Below, piece by piece: positions 1 to 8,248 of a stretch of 33,151 bases of DNA (positions are counted from its first letter, which is position 1; each line of letters starts with the position of its first letter). The DNA comes from a virus (Duplodnaviria > Caudoviricetes). The position numbers and the translations under genes were made by a program. The notes under the pieces were generated by a model. It did no database searches, was not told the DNA's origin, and was given only the letters and a program-made list of their open reading frames with translations. The stretch covers positions 1-33,151 of the IMG/VR virus record IMGVR_UViG_3300020045_002431, one strand, 5' to 3'.

Positions 1-277
1 CAGTAGTCCAGTATGACTCGGTGCTAGGGCAACCGGTTACATATACGATCAGGGGTTGCCTTGCCTCCTCGCAATACCCCACAAACTTAGCTTCTCGCCC
101 ATCGCGTGTTAGCGCTTTAGCACCTGCCTTGAATGCTTCCAGATTGAAAGGTCTTACTGTTTTCTTGTTGGTGTTGTTTTCCATTATGCATACTCCCTGT
201 TTAAGTTGGTTTTGTCTTACTTCGAGAACAGCCTTCCCAGATGCTAGGTCTGCAACGATGTGGCGTAGGTTTTCCAT
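1..277 (-). CDS. hypothetical phage protein, truncated by window edge (PFNLE...RDG..AKF family, paralog of 16630..17013)
   Basis: Translated by hand: in-frame ATGs at 292/277/184; from 184 MENNTNKKTVRPFNLEAFKAGAKALTRDGREAKFVGY..., open to position 1. Start uncertain. Confidence 0.7.
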   Translation of the reverse strand, partial: MENLRHIVADLASGKAVLEVRQNQLKQGVCIMENNTNKKTVRPFNLEAFKAGAKALTRDGREAKFVGYCEEARQPLIVYVTGCPSTESYWTT

Positions 278-299
278 GGTAGTTTTCCTCATTGAGAGA

Positions 300-461
300 T
301 TAGTTATAAACAACACGCCCAATAATAGAGCGCGTATTAGAATTATACACACATTCTCCTTGTTCGTCCTCAATTAGTTCCCAATGGGGCGACCAATCGA
401 GAACGCTCGCCAGAGAATCAAATGAGAGGGAATGGCCTGATGTTAGCTTGATTTGTAGCAT
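300..461 (-). CDS. small hypothetical protein (53 aa)
   Basis: MLQIKLTSGHSLSFD...GRVVYN*, GGAG RBS; below ORF-track cutoff. Confidence 0.6.
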   Translation of the reverse strand: MLQIKLTSGHSLSFDSLASVLDWSPHWELIEDEQGECVYNSNTRSIIGRVVYN

Positions 462-475
462 GTTATTAGCTCCAA

Positions 476-634
476 TTAGTTAAACACAACAGCAGCAATT
501 GTCAGCAAGGCAACACAATAGCCAAATGCCTTGATGACGTTAAACTTGGCCGTAACAGTGACAATGACAGGCTTACGCACTGAAGCATAAGAGCTGAAGC
601 CTTCGATGTTTGCAGTAAATTCGCTACGTGACAT
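476..634 (-). CDS. small protein with C-terminal hydrophobic helix (52 aa)
   Basis: MSRSEFTANIEG...ALLTIAAVVFN, AGGGAG RBS, downstream of sigma70-like promoter. Confidence 0.65.
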   Translation of the reverse strand: MSRSEFTANIEGFSSYASVRKPVIVTVTAKFNVIKAFGYCVALLTIAAVVFN

Positions 635-673
635 GATGTCGCTCCCTTGTGTGTTGTTTGCTTCAGAGACTCT

Positions 674-703
674 AGTGTAGACGATAACATTAGAGACATA
701 CAA
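674..703 (-). promoter_or_regulatory. sigma70-like promoter
   Basis: TTGTAT-18-TACACT on minus strand with AT-rich upstream element. Confidence 0.5.
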
Positions 704-749
704 GGATTATTTGCAAATAGTTTTGTAAAGATATGTAAAGAAAAGCTAC

Positions 750-777
750 ATAAGAAGAGCCCCGCATTGGCGGGGCT
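750..777 (-). terminator. intrinsic terminator
   Basis: AGCCCCGC-4nt-GCGGGGCT hairpin (758-777) followed by CUUCUUAU on minus strand, just after stop at 787. Confidence 0.7.
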
Positions 778-786
778 TTGTCTCCC

Positions 787-933
787 TTATGCCTCCTCAA
801 GCTGAATGCGCCTCAAAGGATGATACGAAAACTTACCCTTTACTGTACAGGCTTCCTTGTGTGTCATTGGCTCGTTCGTTAAGTACACCTTGTTACCTGT
901 TTTCTCGTTTATAGCCACCAAGTGATAAAGCAT
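787..933 (-). CDS. small hypothetical protein (48 aa)
   Basis: MLYHLVAINEKTGNKVYLTNEPMTHKEACTVKGKFSYHPLRRIQLEEA*, GGAG RBS. Confidence 0.7.
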   Translation of the reverse strand: MLYHLVAINEKTGNKVYLTNEPMTHKEACTVKGKFSYHPLRRIQLEEA

Positions 934-934
934 G

Positions 935-1054
935 TTAGCTCTCCCAATAAAAAACAATACGCTCAGGCTTGCGCCCCTGCTTTGGCTGTTGTTCCGTGTA
1001 AGCCTTGCGGGGCTTGCTTGATTTCACTTTAATGCGGCTTGTGTTGGTTTGCAT
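935..1054 (-). CDS. small basic hypothetical protein (39 aa)
   Basis: MQTNTSRIKVKSSKPRK...VFYWES; AAGG RBS; packs between neighbours. Confidence 0.55.
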   Translation of the reverse strand: MQTNTSRIKVKSSKPRKAYTEQQPKQGRKPERIVFYWES

Positions 1055-1064
1055 GATGTTTGCC

Positions 1065-1280
1065 TTATTTAATAATACGATAAAGGAAGAACTTCCCGGC
1101 ATTGTCAGGATGGTCATATCCTTCCTGATCTACTAAGATGAGACAAGTTTTTATCTTATCCCCATGCACCTTAACTGCCATATCCCAATCTGACCAAGCC
1201 TCCATAACACTGTTATGTGCTTCGCATTGTGTCTTTCCTGATTGATGCTTGATTGTGTACTCTAACATGAATTTAGCCAT
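1065..1280 (-). CDS. hypothetical protein (71 aa)
   Basis: MAKFMLEYTIKH..., AAGGGG RBS before ATG at 1280. Confidence 0.7.
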   Translation of the reverse strand: MAKFMLEYTIKHQSGKTQCEAHNSVMEAWSDWDMAVKVHGDKIKTCLILVDQEGYDHPDNAGKFFLYRIIK

Positions 1281-1290
1281 GATATTCCCC

Positions 1291-1707
1291 TTAGAAGATA
1301 GCGCCAGAAAGCTTACTACTCTGCACAACATACCCCTTATCTATTGCCCTTGCAACATCGCACAACACCCGCTGCCGAGAGTGCTTTGCAAAGCCAGACG
1401 ATAGCATTGTTTCGCTAATGTCTGACGCTTCCTGCCCGGCTTTCTCTGCAATAAGCCCTACAATAGCGGCAAGGATACTGCGCGAGCCCTGCAGATACTC
1501 TAAGCCCCTCGGCGTTACAGTGTAGCTAATACGCATACATTCCCGCATGCGTTGCATTGTCTCTATCTTGCAATGCTTGCGTGTCATACCCTTGAGAACA
1601 TCCTGCGCACTGGATCGTGCCATGTGAAAATGTGCTGCAATGTTTTCTGCCTTCAGGCCATTGGCTGCAATACGCTTGCCGCTGGCGTGTTTGATGTATG
1701 TGATCAT
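1291..1707 (-). CDS. putative HTH/winged-helix DNA-binding protein
   Basis: 138 aa basic ORF, GAGGA RBS; helix-turn-helix-like segment LKAENIAAHFHMARSSAQDVL and wHTH-like YTVTPRGLEYL. Confidence 0.55.
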   Translation of the reverse strand: MITYIKHASGKRIAANGLKAENIAAHFHMARSSAQDVLKGMTRKHCKIETMQRMRECMRISYTVTPRGLEYLQGSRSILAAIVGLIAEKAGQEASDISETMLSSGFAKHSRQRVLCDVARAIDKGYVVQSSKLSGAIF

Positions 1708-1719
1708 TTTGTGTAGTCC

Positions 1720-2070
1720 TCAGAAAGCAGCATATACAAAGCAATTGCCTACGCGACCAAGACAGATAGTGTGGTTCTGCAGATATTCCTCAACTAACTC
1801 CAGCTTTTCATCTTCATCGACATTGCCTTCTTCATCTTGCTCAATATCTGATGTGTCAATACGATAATTGCTGATGATGTCGTCCACGTCTTGTTCGTCG
1901 AATTCGCAGCAGATCGCCACCACATCAAGCTCCAGCTCTTCTCCAGTAGAATCCTCGTAATCTTCCAGATAATCGAAGATAACGCGCTTGGCTTCATAGC
2001 TGAAAGAGTCTTGACGATCATACGCCCGGAAAGCGTCGCAGAAGTCACAGAAGGATACAGATGTTTTCAT
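1720..2070 (-). CDS. highly acidic early protein (candidate DNA mimic)
   Basis: 116 aa, about 33 D/E vs about 8 K/R by hand count; GGAG RBS. Confidence 0.75.
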   Translation of the reverse strand: MKTSVSFCDFCDAFRAYDRQDSFSYEAKRVIFDYLEDYEDSTGEELELDVVAICCEFDEQDVDDIISNYRIDTSDIEQDEEGNVDEDEKLELVEEYLQNHTICLGRVGNCFVYAAF

Positions 2071-2127
2071 GATAAAGCTCCAATAAAGAATGAATAAGAG
2101 AACAACAGGGAGAACAATAACACGTTA

Positions 2128-2286
2128 TCAGAAGCCCTTGCAAGCTTCGCAGATTAGTGCTGCCGTAAGGCACCGCAGCGCCGTGGCTTCATTATACCCT
2201 GTACGCTTGATGATGTTGCGCTTCGCTGCAAAGCGGCCCCATTGATTTACATTGCGGGCTGCATTGATAACGGTTTGTGTGTGCAT
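2128..2286 (-). CDS. small hypothetical protein (52 aa), first gene of the leftmost early operon
   Basis: MHTQTVINAARNVNQWGRFAAKR...CEACKGF*, AAGGA RBS, just downstream of promoter. Confidence 0.7.
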   Translation of the reverse strand: MHTQTVINAARNVNQWGRFAAKRNIIKRTGYNEATALRCLTAALICEACKGF

Positions 2287-2324
2287 GGCTTGTTTCCTTG
2301 TGGGTTGTTAGTTGGTATGACTGA

Positions 2325-2352
2325 ATTCTACGCCATACGTTAAACATAGCAA
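2325..2352 (-). promoter_or_regulatory. sigma70-like promoter
   Basis: TTGCTA-16-TAGAAT. Confidence 0.55.
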
Positions 2353-2442
2353 GAAAATGTTTTCTATTGCGTAAGCCCTTCTCTATTGCTTTTACCTATA
2401 AGGCTATCCCGCTATAAAAGAATAACGCACGCGCGTACACGT

Positions 2443-2458
2443 AGCAAGCCCCGTGCCA
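2443..2458 (-). promoter_or_regulatory. sigma54 (RpoN) -24/-12 consensus site
   Basis: minus strand TGGCACGGGGCTTGCT matches TGGCACG-N4-TTGC(A/T). Confidence 0.6.
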
Positions 2459-2498
2459 TTAATCGCGAAAGATTAACAAGCAAGAATTTGTCAAGTGG

Positions 2499-2511
2499 TA
2501 TATCATTGATT
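2499..2511 (-). promoter_or_regulatory. IHF-like binding site
   Basis: AATCAATGATATA, one mismatch to WATCAANNNNTTR. Confidence 0.35.
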
Positions 2512-2537
2512 TATTCAATAGCCGCCGAAAAGGGTAG

Positions 2538-2554
2538 CTGGCACGAGTTTTGCC
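2538..2554 (+). promoter_or_regulatory. sigma54 (RpoN) -24/-12 consensus site
   Basis: CTGGCACGAGTTTTGCC, exact GG-N10-GC spacing. Confidence 0.55.
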
Positions 2555-2787
2555 AAAAGCTATGCCCGATAGGCTTCCGCTATGGCCTTGAGGGTTCTCG
2601 ATTAGTTTCACGCTTTTGGTGCAAGCAAAGACCCTTCAGGCTAGTAGGGTACCGAAGGATCTGTGGGGAGGTTTTCGGAGCTAGGGACTATCCCCGGTTC
2701 GTTGTAAACGAAATGGGGTTGCCTAAATCCTAACGAAAATTTCCTATGAGAATTGCCCAGCAGAGTGACTGAACACTACGGACTGAA

Positions 2788-3522
2788 CTACGTCCTTAGT
2801 ATGAAAGCCTCATCTGGAATATTCCGTAGGCAGTCAAGAATGTGCACCTCCACACGTCCTTCCCAGTAATCCGCTACCAATTTACCTAGCGCGCGTTTCT
2901 CTTCTTTATACCACAAATGTGCTGATTCTTTATCAGAGAAACTCTTACTTTTCTTAACTCCGAAGTGTTTGTTATTAATACAAGCTCTCCACGGAAGCTT
3001 TAGATTTTGTGTTCTAGTCACACCAGTATAACAACAATCCTCTCGTATTTTATGCCGCTTAAGGAAGCCATTGATCTCAATAGGAATAAGAGAACAATAG
3101 TCTTTCCCATAGGTTCTATTTCCAATTACCTTCATATCCTTATCTATTTCATACACGTTCCCATTCTCATCAGTGAAATTGCAGAATGGTTGAGATGCGT
3201 ACCAAGAACTGAAGCCCCTTAAGGTTCTAAAATCATCTGCAAGGTAGCACAACGTTAGTCTGTGTTGTGCGGTAAACTTAGGACAGCACCTTCTCAAAAC
3301 TCCCCTATAAATCGAAATTATATTTTTAGGAATTGGAATTGGCTTTTCTGTTTTTGGAACTGGAATTGATAACCTCTGTGCTCGAATCTCATATCCAGTT
3401 ACAACACAGTGTCGGTTATCTTCCACTCTTTTTACGATGATATACTTAAAGTTAACACACTCTTCAACTAAACAAATCCCTAATTCTTCTATAAATACTT
3501 TATCTCCAACCACGATTGCCAC
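2788..3522 (-). CDS. putative HNH-like homing endonuclease with C-terminal AP2-like domain
   Basis: FSSWY...EIDKDMKVIGNRTYGKDYCSLIPIEIN motif typical of phage free-standing endonucleases; TGVT...WRACI...FSDKESAHLWY; AT-rich relative to neighbours. Confidence 0.7.
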   Translation of the reverse strand: MAIVVGDKVFIEELGICLVEECVNFKYIIVKRVEDNRHCVVTGYEIRAQRLSIPVPKTEKPIPIPKNIISIYRGVLRRCCPKFTAQHRLTLCYLADDFRTLRGFSSWYASQPFCNFTDENGNVYEIDKDMKVIGNRTYGKDYCSLIPIEINGFLKRHKIREDCCYTGVTRTQNLKLPWRACINNKHFGVKKSKSFSDKESAHLWYKEEKRALGKLVADYWEGRVEVHILDCLRNIPDEAFILRT

Positions 3523-3798
3523 CGATTCCCTCCTTTCATATCATTTTCCCAGAATAAGCTGTCTAAACTGTACTGAGCTGTACAGTTATGATTACCCTAA
3601 GTTGTACTCATTAGTATAGTTATAAATCCTTGAATTGTATTGGTAATTCCACCAGTACAGTTGTCACATATTTCCGTCAAATCCTAATAAATAGCGAAAT
3701 GACGGAACATGTGTGTTTTGGCTCAAATCCCACAGGTAAAAGGTAAAATAAGGATTAAAAATTCAATCTGGAAATGTCTAAATGGAAATCGGAAAAGG

Positions 3799-4104
3799 TT
3801 ATTTGGAACTCAAGCAGTCAGGAACATCTGGAACACGATTATAGTTCCACCACTCAGAGCCATCATACTCTCCACGATCTGACCACGTACCGTCCTTGTA
3901 CCAAATGATACCGTATACTTCTTGACCCCCATATCCAGCATCGTAGATAAAATCAATTTCTGTTAGGAAGGCTGAGAAGTCCTTAACTGAAAACCCAACC
4001 TTAAGCTGTTTAGTAATCTCATGACTATCTTCTCGTGTGACATAAGCGCACAGTACATCCTTGCCTTCAATCTCTTCCAGAAACTCTTCTTTACAATTAC
4101 GCAT
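3799..4104 (-). CDS. conserved-looking hypothetical phage protein
   Basis: YDAGYGGQEVYGIIWYKDGTWSDRGEYDGSEWW; AGGAGG RBS. Confidence 0.85.
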   Translation of the reverse strand: MRNCKEEFLEEIEGKDVLCAYVTREDSHEITKQLKVGFSVKDFSAFLTEIDFIYDAGYGGQEVYGIIWYKDGTWSDRGEYDGSEWWNYNRVPDVPDCLSSK

Positions 4105-4148
4105 ACAATCCTCCTAAATTAAAAATCAATATCTTATCTGCGAAAGCC

Positions 4149-4355
4149 CTAGTCCAAAATCAATTCGCCAGCAAGCCAAGCCTCCCGTGTCACTACCATC
4201 ACCTTCTTACCTTTAAGTTGTGGTGACATCATAGAATACCAATCCTCTCCACGTTCGATCCATAAAGTTGTGTAATAGTCTTCTGGAGTTGCTCCATTCT
4301 GAGGCTGTGCTTCCACAAGCTTTAGCTTACCAAATGCTTTGTAGGGTATTTTCAT
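4149..4355 (-). CDS. hypothetical protein
   Basis: 68 aa, TAATG overlap with upstream gene. Confidence 0.75.
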   Translation of the reverse strand: MKIPYKAFGKLKLVEAQPQNGATPEDYYTTLWIERGEDWYSMMSPQLKGKKVMVVTREAWLAGELILD

Positions 4356-4627
4356 TAAACTTCCACCAACTTAACATTCAGCTTGCGAATGATTTCAGCC
4401 TTACCCAACACATAGGAAACTTCCTTCAAAGTCAGAGCATCGCGATTAGTGAACTTGATTGTTCGATCTGTCCACCAATCACAACCCATAGTAAAAATAG
4501 TTAAGCTATTATCATAATTGAACAGCCCCACTACTTTCTCCTCCTCGTTATGAGACACCAACAACACATCCCCAATAGCGTACGTTTCTTCAGCTTTCTC
4601 TTGCGGACTCTTCAGTTCAATTTGCAT
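4355..4627 (-). CDS. hypothetical protein
   Basis: 90 aa, AGGAG RBS. Confidence 0.8.
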   Translation of the reverse strand: MQIELKSPQEKAEETYAIGDVLLVSHNEEEKVVGLFNYDNSLTIFTMGCDWWTDRTIKFTNRDALTLKEVSYVLGKAEIIRKLNVKLVEV

Positions 4628-4660
4628 GTGTTTCTCCTAAGTTTCTTGATAAATTGGATT

Positions 4661-4894
4661 TTAGATTAGACTACTAGAAATGTCAAGTGCTAATTCAGTA
4701 ACCATGAGAATTACTTCCCCTGCCTCCCAAGTGGGCTTCTGCTGTGCGTTAAACTCCTTGTGTTCTCTGGGCGTAAGCCAAGGAGTTTCGTAGCCACAGC
4801 ACTCACATTTATACTGCACCTTGCCCCTTGAAAGCGTGTAGCAAGGGTGATAGTGGTGCCCCAGTACAAGACAGGTCATCCCCTTAAACATGCT
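4661..4894 (-). CDS. small Cys/His-rich hypothetical protein
   Basis: MFKGMTCLVLGHHY...YKCECCG; likely start near 4891-4894 abutting upstream stop. Confidence 0.55.
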   Translation of the reverse strand, partial: SMFKGMTCLVLGHHYHPCYTLSRGKVQYKCECCGYETPWLTPREHKEFNAQQKPTWEAGEVILMVTELALDISSSLI

Positions 4895-5085
4895 CACAGC
4901 ACAACCCCATAATTTTCTAACTCTGAGTCCGTGCATTCCACTACTTCAGCTTCTCCGCCGATTGACTGAATAATACCCACAAAATCAAAAAGTCCAATAC
5001 TGTGCCCTTCGTAGAACAGGGAATTGCCTCTGTACACTTTAACCCAATCGCCCTCTCCAAGACTATTCGTGTAGATCTTAATCAT
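4894..5085 (-). CDS. hypothetical protein
   Basis: MIKIYTNSLGEGDWVKVY..., GAGGG RBS before ATG at 5085. Confidence 0.7.
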   Translation of the reverse strand: MIKIYTNSLGEGDWVKVYRGNSLFYEGHSIGLFDFVGIIQSIGGEAEVVECTDSELENYGVVL

Positions 5086-5398
5086 GTTGGCATCCCTCAC
5101 ATTGCTCCACAATCCTCTCCATATTCATCTGGATATACCAATCAAGATAGTCCACATACTTACTCTCCAGCCCAAGAGGGCCACGGCGTAGCTCCTTTGT
5201 AGCTGTGCTGATGAAGTCGTATAGATCAACACCTTCTACGTGGAAGCTCCACACCTCAAACTCTGCAGGCCAGCCTCCATCTTCAGGATCACCGTCAGCG
5301 CTATATGACGTAGTAGCTTCCTCTGGAGTAAAAACTCCCGTAAGCACAGCCTCGTGCTCGAAGAACGGGAGGGTGATTGTTGATAGGGATTGTTTCAT
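5078..5398 (-). CDS. hypothetical protein
   Basis: 106 aa acidic ORF, ATGA overlap with upstream gene. Confidence 0.75.
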   Translation of the reverse strand: MKQSLSTITLPFFEHEAVLTGVFTPEEATTSYSADGDPEDGGWPAEFEVWSFHVEGVDLYDFISTATKELRRGPLGLESKYVDYLDWYIQMNMERIVEQCEGCQHD

Positions 5399-6168
5399 TG
5401 TTGGGCCTTTCGGTATGCTACGATGCGACTTGTATTGCCGTGATTACCCCAATCCCAGTGGTAACCATAAAGAGAAATGTCCTGCTTTGTTTCAGCACCG
5501 CACACCAATACCTCCACTCTGCATTCCTTGGCCCACTCGGGGCACGCCGTTTGAGCGGTAGCGATAAACGGAACCCAATAGCCCTTGTCAAAAGCAAGCT
5601 CTTCATCACACTTCTCAGCCTTCTTGAAGGCCACATCCTCCGGCTTATAAGCAGGGGCAGGGGGCGTCCAAGGGAGGATTTTGTGGGGGATGTGTACAAG
5701 GTGACAGAAGCCATCACCTGAATACCGATACCAACGTTTACCCCCTGTGAGCCGATAAGGAACCCCCACCTCTGTGTAAAGATCAACTTCCACCACTTTA
5801 GCGCGTGAGCCGTCCGACAGGACTACCTTATCCCCCACCTTCAGCTTAACGTCTGAGGACATTGGGACGAGGGTTTCTGGACGTGTGCCCTTTACAGGCT
5901 TATGCTTGCTTCGTTTGGGCTGTTGTGACGGGCCTTTATCAGCAGAACAGATGTGCCTGAGATCTACATCAATTATTTCACCATCTGCTGTCTCAGCAAG
6001 TAAAGCAGTAGGAAGTCCCGTATGGCGTTGCAAAAACCAGTTCAACGTCTGTGGAGCACGTTTTCCATGAACAAACCTAGTACCAAAAAGGTACATGATA
6101 TTTTCCTCCAAATACCCTTGTGCTTGAGCCTTCTTTACGTCAGCCGTTGTGGCGGATTTCATCTTCAT
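5395..6168 (-). CDS. hypothetical multi-domain phage protein
   Basis: 257 aa, AAGGAG RBS; SH3/KOW-like LKVGDKVVLSDGSRAKVVEV segment. Confidence 0.75.
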   Translation of the reverse strand: MKMKSATTADVKKAQAQGYLEENIMYLFGTRFVHGKRAPQTLNWFLQRHTGLPTALLAETADGEIIDVDLRHICSADKGPSQQPKRSKHKPVKGTRPETLVPMSSDVKLKVGDKVVLSDGSRAKVVEVDLYTEVGVPYRLTGGKRWYRYSGDGFCHLVHIPHKILPWTPPAPAYKPEDVAFKKAEKCDEELAFDKGYWVPFIATAQTACPEWAKECRVEVLVCGAETKQDISLYGYHWDWGNHGNTSRIVAYRKAQQ

Positions 6169-6250
6169 TCTCCTTTATAAAACCATTTTTCATTCCCGTT
6201 CTGTGAAATCGTGACACAGAAACGATAAATCATCATTCCTAAACTGGGAA

Positions 6251-6433
6251 TTATTCTGCTTCCCAGATCCCGCCGTCAATGTAATTGTTAGCCCATTCTT
6301 GCCAGCACTCGTCTAGGAATGTTGCACGTTGATCTTCGTCCATCCCTTCGAAGTTCTCATCATCAATCTCAAGCACGTCTGTATGCTTTGCGCCTACAAA
6401 ACCAATACTCAATGACACATTAAATTTTGCCAT
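6251..6433 (-). CDS. small acidic hypothetical protein (60 aa)
   Basis: MAKFNVSLSIGFVGAKHTDVLEIDDE...GGIWEAE; GAGGAG RBS; own promoter. Confidence 0.8.
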   Translation of the reverse strand: MAKFNVSLSIGFVGAKHTDVLEIDDENFEGMDEDQRATFLDECWQEWANNYIDGGIWEAE

Positions 6434-6467
6434 GTCGTTCTCCTCGTTTGTTGTTCCCATAGACATA

Positions 6468-6505
6468 ATAATAGGGCTATCAACTGTGAAAGTCAATAGC
6501 CCTAT
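6468..6505 (-). promoter_or_regulatory. sigma70-like promoter embedded in 14-bp inverted repeat
   Basis: TTGACT-17-TATTAT; arms 6471-6484 and 6492-6505. Confidence 0.7.
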
Positions 6506-6510
6506 GTGAA

Positions 6511-6780
6511 TTATTTAAAGTGGTGATGCCGGTAATACTCAAGCCACGACTCAAGCTGTTCCTGTGTCCAACCAGAGGAAGCAGGCTTAGTTCCCAACTC
6601 GTACAGTCCAAGACGTTCTGACTCAGCTACAAGTTCGTCAAGGGTCATTGCATAGCCAATGCCCTCAACAGTATGCCTGCAAGTTGCTTCATCCTCCTGT
6701 ACATCCAAGTATTCCTCCCAAGCTTCGTGCTCAAGAGCTTTCAGAAAAGCAGATTCACTGTTGAAATCTTCTCGTTCCAT
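6511..6780 (-). CDS. acidic hypothetical protein
   Basis: MEREDFNSESAF..., GGAGG RBS. Confidence 0.75.
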   Translation of the reverse strand: MEREDFNSESAFLKALEHEAWEEYLDVQEDEATCRHTVEGIGYAMTLDELVAESERLGLYELGTKPASSGWTQEQLESWLEYYRHHHFK

Positions 6781-7058
6781 CACATCTCCTCCAGCCAAGA
6801 GCCGTCCATGTCAGTCTTCATACTCAGCCAAGGCTTCTCCAGAGCCTTCTGGAACAAGTCAATCTGGCATTGCATTCCTTCAGGCTCTCCTGCAAGCACA
6901 GCAGCAGGAGATGTGCTCCAAGAAGTAGGCTCTCCAGCTTCGTTGTAATACACCTCGTGAATGGCATACTCGAATTCTCCGTTGCCGCAGTAGGCGGAGA
7001 TTACTCGGTAGTTCCATGTGCGAGACTTTAGTTTTGATGTGCGCTTAATCTTCAACAT
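6780..7058 (-). CDS. hypothetical phage protein
   Basis: MLKIKRTSK...TWNYRVI...YAIHEVYY...ALEKP. Confidence 0.8.
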   Translation of the reverse strand: MLKIKRTSKLKSRTWNYRVISAYCGNGEFEYAIHEVYYNEAGEPTSWSTSPAAVLAGEPEGMQCQIDLFQKALEKPWLSMKTDMDGSWLEEM

Positions 7059-7059
7059 G

Positions 7060-7218
7060 TTAACCCCACTCTTCCAGCATCGCCTGCTCAGGACTCTTCC
7101 CCTCGTCGTAGTAGTCCTCATAGAGGTTCTTACATTTCAGCATAGCTGTCTTTTGTTTAATCCCAGAGGCCATCGAGAGGCACACTGAGAAGAATTGCTC
7201 GAAGTTGTTGTATTGCAT
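7060..7218 (-). CDS. small hypothetical protein (52 aa)
   Basis: MQYNNFEQFFSV...AMLEEWG*, TAATG overlap with thyX. Confidence 0.7.
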   Translation of the reverse strand: MQYNNFEQFFSVCLSMASGIKQKTAMLKCKNLYEDYYDEGKSPEQAMLEEWG

Positions 7219-7973
7219 TAGAGTTCCTCTCCATAATTCAATGCCTTCATACTCTCTGGGAAGTAGGTATAAAGAATTGTCCCGAGTTTACCTGCAAACT
7301 CCTGCGCTGCATTCTGTGCATGACCGTCTCGACGTAACTGGCAGATTCTATTCATGGCCAGAAGCGATCCTGACCAGATCCACGTTGTCATTGCGTTCAA
7401 TGGAAGCACGATACGAGCTTCTTCTGGTGCCACGCCTGAGTCTAACAAACGGTAGTACATCTTAATGGCATCTACGCTAGAGTCGTGGATGGCACCTAAT
7501 GCGTCATTGTGGTAGTCCCCGTCTTCGTCGCATCCAACCCACAATAGTGTATTATGCTCCTCGTCAGAAGCCCCCTGCTTCGCATGCGCAGGAGCTTCGT
7601 GCACAACGTCTGGCAGCCACAGGGCAACATCACTCTTGATGTAGCGACGGGACTCTTCGTTCCAAGATAATCCCACCTGATGCTTCACAAGCTGACGCGC
7701 AAGAAAGAAAGGCGCTTGCACACGAACACTAATGAACGTATGGCAGAAGGGTGAGAAGTGAGTATGTGCCTTCGCCATAGCTTCCCAGTTATCTCGCTCT
7801 GCTGAAGGCAAGCCTGTTGCAAGGTAAGCCAGCAGGTTAGCATCCTTGGCGCTGAAGGCTGTGTCATCCCATTGTGAGAAAGATACCTTTGCAGCATTTA
7901 CGATGCGTTTATCGTCTCCCATTTTGTCGATAAATTCAACGTTAATAGGTTTAACCTCGATAGTACGGCTCAT
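7218..7973 (-). CDS. thyX: flavin-dependent thymidylate synthase ThyX
   Basis: IVNAAKVSF, HFSPF, ARQLVKHQVGLSWNEESRRY (ThyX motif), APEEARIVLP, HAQ. Confidence 0.95.
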   Translation of the reverse strand: MSRTIEVKPINVEFIDKMGDDKRIVNAAKVSFSQWDDTAFSAKDANLLAYLATGLPSAERDNWEAMAKAHTHFSPFCHTFISVRVQAPFFLARQLVKHQVGLSWNEESRRYIKSDVALWLPDVVHEAPAHAKQGASDEEHNTLLWVGCDEDGDYHNDALGAIHDSSVDAIKMYYRLLDSGVAPEEARIVLPLNAMTTWIWSGSLLAMNRICQLRRDGHAQNAAQEFAGKLGTILYTYFPESMKALNYGEEL

Positions 7974-8248
7974 TCTTCCTCCTCAAAAATAATACTCGGG
8001 TTATTCACAACAGAGTTATGAACCCGCAGTGAATCAGTGCAGTCTTCCCCTTGCCAAACAATAGTTGTTCCTTTCTTCGCTTCACCCAGTCGAAACACCA
8101 ACGTCTCAGCATACACAGAAGAATAAGCACAACTGCTCTCCCGATTAATTGTAGAAACAGTGTCTGTGCTTCCATCGAGCACGAATGTATCACGAGCAAG
8201 ATGCTTTGTCCACTCTTCTCCGTGGCAATCTGTGAATGTGTTGTTCAT
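7970..8248 (-). CDS. hypothetical protein
   Basis: MNNTFTDCHG..., ATGA overlaps at both ends. Confidence 0.7.
   Translation of the reverse strand: MNNTFTDCHGEEWTKHLARDTFVLDGSTDTVSTINRESSCAYSSVYAETLVFRLGEAKKGTTIVWQGEDCTDSLRVHNSVVNNPSIIFEEEE

Noticed and set aside
2386-2733. 115-aa plus-strand ORF
   Set aside because: TTG start without RBS, opposite to all neighbours, overlaps regulatory motifs.
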